Origin: a virus
Taxonomy: Duplodnaviria; Caudoviricetes
Direction: 5' to 3' (one strand)
IMG/VR virus record: IMGVR_UViG_3300021087_001082
Coordinates: 1-64,000 of that record
Length of the DNA: 64,000 nucleotides
Under the pieces are notes generated by a model that saw only the letters and a list, made by a program, of their open reading frames with translations, was not told the DNA's origin and searched no databases. Made by a program: the position numbers and the translations under genes. Of the stretch, positions 56,418 through 64,000 are shown in pieces; position 1 is the stretch's first letter; each line of letters begins with the position of its first letter.

Positions 56418-56642
56418 ATGGAATATGTGGAAAATATAAATGTTGCTATAGTATTACAGCAACTACAGTCATACAAAGCTGAGAAAGAAAAACTTACCCA
56501 AAAACTTTCTCAGCTTAATGACGAAGCAGAAAAAAGTAAACGTGGTATACATAGTTATGACGGCGCTATACAAGCCCTTGATGCATTACTACAAACAGCT
56601 GAATCTAAAGAGATTGATGTTCCTGAATTGGAAGAAAATTAA
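56418..56642 (+). CDS. small coiled-coil protein
   Basis: heptad pattern, GAIQ motif. Confidence 0.65.
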   Translation: MEYVENINVAIVLQQLQSYKAEKEKLTQKLSQLNDEAEKSKRGIHSYDGAIQALDALLQTAESKEIDVPELEEN

Positions 56643-57484
56643 TGGCAGATAAAACGATACCCGCTTTAAATACACATGATAGTCCTACAGCGGAAGACTT
56701 ATTAATTATAGTTGATGATCCTTCGGGTAATCCTGTAAATAAGAAAATACGTGTAGACACATTACTATCAGCACTTTCTACAGATACAACAACTAGAAGT
56801 GTAGCAAATAAGGTTCAATCTAGAGCTGATACTAATATTGCAAGAGATTTAAATTTACGAAATTCTAAAACTGTTTTACAGCCAGAAGTATTGAAAGGTG
56901 AACAGGATGATATGACTGTCATTTTGGGGACCTTAGATATGGCAGAAAATTCTGTATGGCATGTAGAGATTGATGGAACATCTTCTTCAGCAAATGATAC
57001 ATTTAAATGGTGGAGAGATGGAAATACTCAGACCGGTGCAGCAACTGTCACTATTGACGGAACTACGCAAGCATTAGCAAATGGTGTAAGTATTAAATTT
57101 GATGGTGTTACAGGACACAAAGTTACAGATAAATGGCAAATTGTCGGTTTAATAGAATCCAGAATTGATTTTCAGGGAAGTATTTTAGTTGAAGATAGTG
57201 TTCCGGAAAATGGTTCTTTTACCAGTACCTTTTCAGAAACTGGTAATTTGCAATTAGAATCTGGAATAGATATGGCGTTTGAAGATGGTACAGAAAAAGA
57301 TATGTACATATCTGCAAATACCACAGTAATAAGATTTGTGGGTGGTCTACAATTAGGTGAATCCGCGGATCCAGTTGGATTTTTTGGTACTACACCAGTA
57401 TCAGCCAATGCAACATTTGTCGCAGGTGCTAGCACCGCGGCACATATTATAGCCGAATTAGAAAGATTAGGTTTAGTATCATAA
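56642..57484 (+). CDS. putative virion fibre/structural protein
   Basis: MADKTIPAL...EDLLIIVDDPSGNPVNKK N-domain; beta-rich body. Confidence 0.7.
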   Translation: MADKTIPALNTHDSPTAEDLLIIVDDPSGNPVNKKIRVDTLLSALSTDTTTRSVANKVQSRADTNIARDLNLRNSKTVLQPEVLKGEQDDMTVILGTLDMAENSVWHVEIDGTSSSANDTFKWWRDGNTQTGAATVTIDGTTQALANGVSIKFDGVTGHKVTDKWQIVGLIESRIDFQGSILVEDSVPENGSFTSTFSETGNLQLESGIDMAFEDGTEKDMYISANTTVIRFVGGLQLGESADPVGFFGTTPVSANATFVAGASTAAHIIAELERLGLVS

Positions 57485-57587
57485 ATAGTTTTTGGATGTC
57501 TGAGGAAGACCCTTCGCAAGAGTGAGCGATTCTCAGCATGATTTTAACTGGTGATGAGTCCCATCACGACGCCAGCAAGGAGATAAG

Positions 57588-58313
57588 ATGGCTGATAAGA
57601 AAATAACGGCTTTAACTGCTGCATCAGAAGCAGCAAGTGAAGACCTTTTACATATAATTGATGATCCTTCAGGATCTCCAGTTAACAAAAAGTTAACTGT
57701 TAAATCATTTGTAGGTAATGTAACACATACAATTACCGGAACCGCACAAGCAACAACAGAGGTAATTCATAAAACTCTACACACCGCTAATTTAGCCCCA
57801 TCGACTGCAAATGTTTTTGATAGTATTGTAACATCAGATGTTACAGTTGATGTTAAAGCAACAGGCTTAAATCAAGGTAATGTTGCTGTATTAACAGCTT
57901 CTTCAGGAACAGCAAAAATCCATGATGGAAACGTTGCTTTTACTTCAGAAGTGTCAGCTGTTAAAGGTGTTCTAGATCTTAATACATTTGACAGTACAGA
58001 TTCGTCTGCAGGTAAGTCATATTGTATTATCGCATCACACGCAAATAGTGCCGCCGCGCCTAGTGCTTCACCAACTGCTTTTCTTAAGTTTGATGTTGCA
58101 AGTTCATTGACGGGTGCTTCACAAAATGTATCATATGCTATTGACGCTACACCAACAGGTGGATATGGTGCCGCAGCCGGTGCAAACGTTGGGCCATTTT
58201 TGACAACCGGAGCAAATACTTCTGGATCATATACGGGACCTGCTAACGGTGCAATTAAATGTAATGTATCTGGTATTACAAAATATGTCCTTCTTTGGGA
58301 TGGAATTGCTTAA
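57588..58313 (+). CDS. putative virion fibre/structural protein, paralogous N-domain
   Basis: MADKKITAL...[18 protein letters not shown]; Ala/Ser/Thr/Gly-rich. Confidence 0.7.
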   Translation: MADKKITALTAASEAASEDLLHIIDDPSGSPVNKKLTVKSFVGNVTHTITGTAQATTEVIHKTLHTANLAPSTANVFDSIVTSDVTVDVKATGLNQGNVAVLTASSGTAKIHDGNVAFTSEVSAVKGVLDLNTFDSTDSSAGKSYCIIASHANSAAAPSASPTAFLKFDVASSLTGASQNVSYAIDATPTGGYGAAAGANVGPFLTTGANTSGSYTGPANGAIKCNVSGITKYVLLWDGIA

Positions 58314-58333
58314 TATATAATTAATGGATTATT

Positions 58334-58594
58334 ATGATTAAACGTGAAGATATTGAAAAGCAAATTGAGTTTTTACAAAAAGATGTTGTAAATGTAAGGA
58401 CTAGGTTAGACGCAGTGAGGGGAGAAGAAGAACAACTTGTCTCCACACTGTCTTCCCTTCAAGGTGCCATACAGGTTAGTCAACATTATTTGAGTATATG
58501 TGATAAATCAGAGGATTCTGATGATGCTCCAGGAGATGAACCATCTGAAGAGCCCGTGAAAGAAGAAGAAAAGATCGAGCCGAATGAATTTTGA
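58334..58594 (+). CDS. small coiled-coil protein
   Basis: heptads, LQGAIQ motif. Confidence 0.65.
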   Translation: MIKREDIEKQIEFLQKDVVNVRTRLDAVRGEEEQLVSTLSSLQGAIQVSQHYLSICDKSEDSDDAPGDEPSEEPVKEEEKIEPNEF

Positions 58595-58976
58595 TGATAT
58601 TACTGAAAATAATATCGAACTTTTCTGCATGCACAAATACAATAATCCTCAATGTATAAGTACAGAGGATTATAGTGATGATATGAAAAGATTTAAGTAT
58701 TTAAAAAGACACTTAAATCATTATCTTGCATCAGGTGAATTGAAAGAAAGGTTGATTCTTAACCATTTGATTATGATATATAATCTATTTGATAATGAAT
58801 CCGGTACGCGAATATTATTTTATAAAATTGAAGACAACAGTTGGGCAGTATTAAAACCCTTTTTAATTTATTTAAGAAGAATGCCCAAAATAGTTCGTGG
58901 CGTAAAAGGTATGGATATCCGAGACGGTGATATTCAATTAGATCAACATGTAGTAAAGCAGCTAAGATGCCTATAG
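58584..58976 (+). CDS. conserved T4-like hypothetical protein
   Basis: YNNPQC, DMKRFKYLKR, LKERLILNHLI. Confidence 0.8.
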   Translation: MNFDDITENNIELFCMHKYNNPQCISTEDYSDDMKRFKYLKRHLNHYLASGELKERLILNHLIMIYNLFDNESGTRILFYKIEDNSWAVLKPFLIYLRRMPKIVRGVKGMDIRDGDIQLDQHVVKQLRCL

Positions 58977-59755
58977 GATTAAGATCAGCATTAACACAGG
59001 GTTCAGATTTATTCTTCCTATTTTCCTTTTTAAAGCGCCTGGTAACTCCCTTCGAAAAAACTAAAGCATATGCATTAGGCATTGTTGATAAGAATGGTAA
59101 AAATCTTATTAAGAAAAGAAATTTTACCACTCAAGATCAACGCGATGCTTATACAATGATGGATACGCTTATTTTCAATTTGAAAAGACTTTTAGGAAAA
59201 GTGCCTGGTGGTAAGTCAAGAATTGCGACTTATGCTGCGGCCTTGTTATTGCTTAGAGAAGAGAAGCAACTAAAGTTATTACAAGATGAAAAGTTTTTAG
59301 AAGAAGAATTTTCCATTATTTACGAAGATATGTGTTGTGAATGGCAATTAGATATGAATGATCCTGATCAAACGTTTTTGAAAGAAGAAGCGGTTGATGA
59401 GAACCTTGTGACTAAATTCAAAGATGTTCATAGAAATATGAATAGTAAAAAAGCACAGCATGCAATAGCAACTGCACAGGCAATGGGATTAGATCCTCTT
59501 AAAATTCAAATGTATTTGGCGGCAATTTTACCTGTAATGACAACTTTAGGATCAAATTATGAACCTGAAGATGAAGTTATAGAAGATGCGCCTACAATGT
59601 CAATGGGCGCAGGTGGAATTGCAGGTAGTGCTGAAGCAGGTGATGATCCACCTATTAGAAAGAAAAAGAAAAAAGGTGATGCTATGCCAATCCTAGCTAG
59701 GAAAGGGATTAAAGAGCATCTAAGAATTTTCCCATCACAAAATGTAACAATTTAG
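58967..59755 (+). CDS. conserved T4-like hypothetical protein
   Basis: LVTPFEKTKAYALGIVD, NLKRLL, YAAALLLLRE, EDAPT. Confidence 0.75.
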   Translation: MPIGLRSALTQGSDLFFLFSFLKRLVTPFEKTKAYALGIVDKNGKNLIKKRNFTTQDQRDAYTMMDTLIFNLKRLLGKVPGGKSRIATYAAALLLLREEKQLKLLQDEKFLEEEFSIIYEDMCCEWQLDMNDPDQTFLKEEAVDENLVTKFKDVHRNMNSKKAQHAIATAQAMGLDPLKIQMYLAAILPVMTTLGSNYEPEDEVIEDAPTMSMGAGGIAGSAEAGDDPPIRKKKKKGDAMPILARKGIKEHLRIFPSQNVTI

Positions 59756-59765
59756 AAAGGTAATT

Positions 59766-60095
59766 ATGGCAGGAATACAAGAGACAAAAGACGTTTTAGC
59801 TTTTGTGTTTTCACTTGGAAAAGCAACGGCTTCGGCATTGGAAGACGGCGATATTGGTTGGTCAGATGCAATGGACTTTATTGAACCTTTAAAAAAGTTG
59901 GGGCCAGCTATCGACAATATTGAAGACGTTTTAGTTGAACTACAAGACCTAGACGATGCTGAATTCGCAGAATTGGTACAATATGCCAAGGATGAATTTG
60001 GATTAGCTGACTTAGCTGAAGATACCGAAGTAATGGTAGAAGAGGCGATCAATGCAGGGGTTGAAATCGTTAAGATTGTAAGAATGTTTAGCTGA
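59766..60095 (+). CDS. acidic hypothetical protein
   Basis: 109 aa ORF before a terminator. Confidence 0.65.
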   Translation: MAGIQETKDVLAFVFSLGKATASALEDGDIGWSDAMDFIEPLKKLGPAIDNIEDVLVELQDLDDAEFAELVQYAKDEFGLADLAEDTEVMVEEAINAGVEIVKIVRMFS

Positions 60096-60109
60096 AGTAC
60101 ATCCTCGGC

Positions 60110-60140
60110 AAAAAAGGGAATCAATTGATTCCCTTTTTTT
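60110..60140. terminator. bidirectional intrinsic terminator
   Basis: AAAAAAGGGAATC-AATT-GATTCCCTTTTTTT. Confidence 0.88.
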
Positions 60141-60144
60141 ATCC

Positions 60145-60173
60145 TTGAAATTTATTATTTATTATGTTATAAT
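60145..60173 (+). promoter_or_regulatory. sigma70-type early promoter
   Basis: TTGAAA-N17-TATAAT. Confidence 0.7.
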
Positions 60174-60208
60174 ATAATTATTATATTAAACCCCCATAAT
60201 TGAGAGAT

Positions 60209-61216
60209 ATGAGTCTTTACATAGATCATAAGTATACAAATTTATTATCATCCCGCCTACAACGTTTTACAAGAAAATCTAGAGAGCTTTACAATTTCAG
60301 ATGTCCATTATGTGGAGATTCATCTAAGAATCAATTTAAAGCTAGAGGCTATCTTTTCAATAAAAAACAACAATTAATTTTTAAATGTCATAATTGTGGT
60401 TCTGGTGGACCTTTAAAAGTATTATTAGATAAAATTGATCCAACATTATCTAAGCAATATTCTTTTGAAAAATATAGAGAAGAAGCCGGTGACGATACTC
60501 ATCCAGAGAGAGAAGAAAAAGTACCAGTTTTTAGAAAACCTCAATTTAAAAAAGTGGGATGTCCTTCACTAAATGAACTAGGCGCAAATCATCCAGCTGT
60601 AAAGTTTTGTGATGTAAGAAGGATACCTAAAGTTCGTTATCATGATATGTATTTTGCAGATTGCTTTAAGAGTTGGGTTAGCAAATATGATATAGAACTC
60701 GCCGCACGATTAAGACCAGATGATCCCAGAATTATTATCCCATTTTTTGATAAAGATAGAAAGTTAATAGCCGCACAAGGAAGAAGTTTAGAAGATTCAA
60801 CTTTAAGATATTTCACCGTTAAGATTGATAAAACAGCTGGCAAACTTTTTGGATTAGATAGAAATGATCCGAAACAATTAACCTATATTGTTGAAGGCCC
60901 TATTGATAGTATGTTTCTTCCTAATGCTTTAGCTATGGCAGGAAGTGACATGGAAGATATGGGTCAATTTTATGCTCGAGACGTTACCTTTGTGTATGAT
61001 AATGAACGACGAAATAAAGAAATTGTAGACAAAATGCATAAAACAGTGAAGAAAGGTTTCGCAGTTTGCATCTGGCCTGACACAATTAAAGTTAAAGATA
61101 TTAATGATATGGTGCTAGATGGAATGGACATATTAGACATAGTTGATACCATAAATAAAAATACATTTCGTGGCTTACCTGCAAGGGTAAAATTGAATCA
61201 ATGGAAAAGAATATGA
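60209..61216 (+). CDS. gp61: DNA primase (T4 gp61)
   Basis: FRCPLCGDS...CHNC zinc finger, VEGPIDS, YDNE, KDINDM. Confidence 0.96.
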   Translation: MSLYIDHKYTNLLSSRLQRFTRKSRELYNFRCPLCGDSSKNQFKARGYLFNKKQQLIFKCHNCGSGGPLKVLLDKIDPTLSKQYSFEKYREEAGDDTHPEREEKVPVFRKPQFKKVGCPSLNELGANHPAVKFCDVRRIPKVRYHDMYFADCFKSWVSKYDIELAARLRPDDPRIIIPFFDKDRKLIAAQGRSLEDSTLRYFTVKIDKTAGKLFGLDRNDPKQLTYIVEGPIDSMFLPNALAMAGSDMEDMGQFYARDVTFVYDNERRNKEIVDKMHKTVKKGFAVCIWPDTIKVKDINDMVLDGMDILDIVDTINKNTFRGLPARVKLNQWKRI

Positions 61217-62019
61217 GTGAAGAAGTGAAAGTCCATGAGCATGGATTTGTTAAATTATTAGATATAATGGGTGATGATGAAGAAGTAGAAGATGCGGCTC
61301 GAATAAGTTATGGACAGGGAACACGAAAGACTAGTCAGACAAGAAATCTTATTCGGTATCTGATGAGGCATGGTCATACATCACCTTTTGAGATGTGTGA
61401 AGTTAAGTTTCATATGAAGTTACCAATTTTTGTAATGAGACAAATAGTTCGGCATAGGACGGCGAACTTAAATGAGTATTCAGGACGATACTCGATTATG
61501 AGTAATGATTTTTACGTACCTCATGATAATGATATTCAAAAGCAATCAAAACAGAATAACCAAGGTAGGGGGGAAGAAATTGAAAGTAAAGGTTTGGTTA
61601 AATATGAATTTAACAGAATCTATGACAATGCTTCCTGGGCCTACAAAAATTTATTAGATCTTGATTTAGCTCGTGAGTTATCACGTTCAGTACTGCCTGT
61701 TGGCAATTATACAGAGGCTATCTGGAAAATAGATTTACATAACTTTTTTAAGTTTTGTAAATTGAGAATGGATGGACACGCACAAAAAGAAGTTAGAGAT
61801 TATGCAGTTGCCATGTACGGCATGGTAAAACCAAAATTTCCCCTTTGTTGTGAGGCATTTGAAGATTATGTTCAAAATGCGGTTTCATTTTCTCAAAGAG
61901 AATTAAATATTATTAGAGACAATTTAAATGGTAGTTGGGTAATGTCAAAGTACGGATTATCAGAGCGAGAATCAACGGAATTTTTAGAAAAGCTGAAAAC
62001 GATAGAAGGGGAAGAATAG
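61213..62019 (+). CDS. thyX: flavin-dependent thymidylate synthase
   Basis: AARISY, HTSPFE, RHRTANLNEYSGRY ThyX motif. Confidence 0.97.
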   Translation: MSEEVKVHEHGFVKLLDIMGDDEEVEDAARISYGQGTRKTSQTRNLIRYLMRHGHTSPFEMCEVKFHMKLPIFVMRQIVRHRTANLNEYSGRYSIMSNDFYVPHDNDIQKQSKQNNQGRGEEIESKGLVKYEFNRIYDNASWAYKNLLDLDLARELSRSVLPVGNYTEAIWKIDLHNFFKFCKLRMDGHAQKEVRDYAVAMYGMVKPKFPLCCEAFEDYVQNAVSFSQRELNIIRDNLNGSWVMSKYGLSERESTEFLEKLKTIEGEE

Positions 62020-62021
62020 AA

Positions 62022-63983
62022 ATGAATTTGCCTACAGAATACCAGTCCTTTATTCATCTTTCAAGATATGCAAGATGGAGATATGATGAAGAAAGGCGAG
62101 AAACATGGCCAGAAACAGTTGGCCGATATTTTGATTTTTTTAAAGAAGATTTAAAAGAAAAATGTAATTTTAAATTAAGTGAAGCAGAACGAGAACAGTT
62201 AGAAGAAGCAGTATTAAAGATGGAAATTATGCCGTCTATGCGATGTATGATGACAGCTGGTGTTCCGTTAAGAAAAGAAAATGTTGCGGGGTATAATTGT
62301 TCATATATTAAATGTGATCAGCCTAGAACATTTGATGAAATTATGTATGTTTTAATGAATGGAACAGGAGTTGGTTTTTCTGTTGAAGAAGAGCATACAA
62401 AACAGATGCCAATAATTGCAGAAGAATTTTATCCTACAGATACTATCATTGTAGTTGCTGATAGTAAATTGGGATGGTGTAAAGCATATAAAGAATTAGT
62501 TGCTTTATTATATCAAGGTCTAATACCTAAATGGGATATTAGTAAAGTTCGACCAGCTGGGATGCCTTTAAAAACTTTCGGAGGTAGAGCAAGTGGCCCA
62601 CAACCTTTAGTTGATTTATTTAACTTTGTTACGGGGATATTTAAACTTGCCGCAGGAAGAAAACTCAAACCAGTTGAATGTCATGATATCATTTGTAAAA
62701 CGGCGGAAGTTGTTGTTGTGGGTGGGGTCAGGCGTAGCGCTCTTATCAGTTTATCTGATCTCAATGATCGTGAAATGCGATTCGCTAAAGCAGGTGAATG
62801 GTGGAAAAACGATGTCCAACGTGCCCTCGCGAATAATTCGGTTAACTATAAGGAAAGACCAGACATTGGTACTTTCATGCGGGAGTGGTTATCTCTCTAC
62901 GATAGTAAATCCGGAGAACGAGGAATCTATAACAGTATGTCTGCCAAAAATCAAGTAGAAAAATTAAATGAAAGAGAAAAAGATGGAAGTGGAAATTACA
63001 TTCGAAGACGAGTACCCAGAGATGACTTCGGCACAAATCCGTGCAGTGAGATCATTTTACGATCCCGAGAATTCTGCAACTTATCTGAAGTCGTTGTCAG
63101 GGGGACAGACACTAGAGAGCATCTCAAAGACAAAGTTCGCAGTGCGACCATTCTTGGAACATTTCAATCCACACTCACCGACTTCAAATATCTTACAAGA
63201 GAGTGGAACAGAAACTGCGCAGAGGAACGATTACTGGGAGTCTCACTTACTGGAATCATGGATAATGGATTAACAAATGGTAAAGTGGGTAAAAAGAAAA
63301 CTGGTGAACTATTGGAAGAACTCCGTGATATTGCCATTAAAACAAATACAGAATGGGCTGATAAACTTGGTATCCCTAGATCGGCCGCCATTACGTGTGT
63401 TAAACCTTCGGGCACTGTTTCTCAGTTGGTTGATTCTGCTAGTGGTATTCATGCCCGTCATAATCCTTATTACATCAGAACAGTGCGAGCAGATAATAAA
63501 GATCCTTTGTGTAAATTTATGATGCAAGCAGGATTCCCTAATGAACCTGATGTAACAAAACCAGAACATACAACAGTATTTTCATTTCCACAGAAGAGTC
63601 CAAAAGGTGCTATTTGTAGAAATGATATGAATGCTTTAGAACAATTGGAACTTTGGAAATTATATCAAGATCATTGGTGTGAACATAAACCATCTGTTAC
63701 AGTTTCTGTTAAAGAACATGAATGGTTGGGTGTAGGCAATTGGGTATGGGACAATTTTGATAATATCAGTGGTATTTCATTTTTACCATTTAGTGAACAT
63801 ACTTATAAGCAAGCACCATATCAAGATTGCGATAAAAAAGAACATGATGAGCTATCAGCGAAAATGCCTAAAGAAGTAGATTGGACGGCATTAGGAGATT
63901 ATGAGAAAGAAGATCACACTGCTGGAGCTCAATCTGCAGCATGTGCAGCTCCTGGTGGCTGCGAAGTGGTTGATTTAATATAG
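62022..63983 (+). CDS. nrdJ: class II (B12-dependent, RTPR-type) ribonucleotide reductase
   Basis: MPSMR, YNCS, GGVRRSA, TNPCSEI, CVKPSGTVSQL, EHKPS, C-terminal CAAPGGCE. Confidence 0.9.
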   Translation: MNLPTEYQSFIHLSRYARWRYDEERRETWPETVGRYFDFFKEDLKEKCNFKLSEAEREQLEEAVLKMEIMPSMRCMMTAGVPLRKENVAGYNCSYIKCDQPRTFDEIMYVLMNGTGVGFSVEEEHTKQMPIIAEEFYPTDTIIVVADSKLGWCKAYKELVALLYQGLIPKWDISKVRPAGMPLKTFGGRASGPQPLVDLFNFVTGIFKLAAGRKLKPVECHDIICKTAEVVVVGGVRRSALISLSDLNDREMRFAKAGEWWKNDVQRALANNSVNYKERPDIGTFMREWLSLYDSKSGERGIYNSMSAKNQVEKLNEREKDGSGNYIRRRVPRDDFGTNPCSEIILRSREFCNLSEVVVRGTDTREHLKDKVRSATILGTFQSTLTDFKYLTREWNRNCAEERLLGVSLTGIMDNGLTNGKVGKKKTGELLEELRDIAIKTNTEWADKLGIPRSAAITCVKPSGTVSQLVDSASGIHARHNPYYIRTVRADNKDPLCKFMMQAGFPNEPDVTKPEHTTVFSFPQKSPKGAICRNDMNALEQLELWKLYQDHWCEHKPSVTVSVKEHEWLGVGNWVWDNFDNISGISFLPFSEHTYKQAPYQDCDKKEHDELSAKMPKEVDWTALGDYEKEDHTAGAQSAACAAPGGCEVVDLI

Positions 63984-64000
63984 AAATTTTTTACTTGATT

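Noticed and set aside
57548-57575. Hammerhead ribozyme (GTGATGAGTCC resembles CTGATGA-GTCC)
   Set aside because: The core lacks CUGAUGA and the GAAA strand, and the segment pairs locally with CATCAC instead.
1-64000. Stop-codon reassignment or suppressor tRNAs
   Set aside because: Core genes are full length in the standard code, end in TAA, TAG or TGA, and no tRNA has a CTA/TTA/TCA anticodon.

Overview
This 64 kb AT-rich window is part of a large T4-like myophage genome. It carries T4 core genes: gp45, gp44, gp62, regA, gp43, uvsX, gp41 and gp61, plus hsp20, a CobS/CobT-like pair, thyX and a class II RNR. Both TTGACA-N17-TATAAT early promoters and TATAAATA late promoters occur. The left 27 kb is accessory. 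It holds six conventional-scaffold tRNAs, one of them an unusual tRNA-Val with an AAC anticodon, and at least three 200-280 nt intergenic RNAs with paired ends that I cannot assign to a known class. It also has radical SAM, 2OG-oxygenase, glycosyltransferase and carbamoyltransferase genes and an isocitrate lyase. The strongest candidate for a new system is the only credible minus-strand unit (26704->25522). It comprises an AsnRS/AspRS-like catalytic domain with no anticodon-binding domain and an apparent ATA start, a small classical C2H2 zinc-finger protein, and a non-canonical 93-nt long-variable-arm tRNA with a GTT anticodon and U37. A purine uptake/salvage cassette sits between gp43 and uvsX. 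A run of genes with T4 capsid-targeting-like N-termini follows gp41. All assignments come from motif recognition by eye; no searches or folding programs were run.
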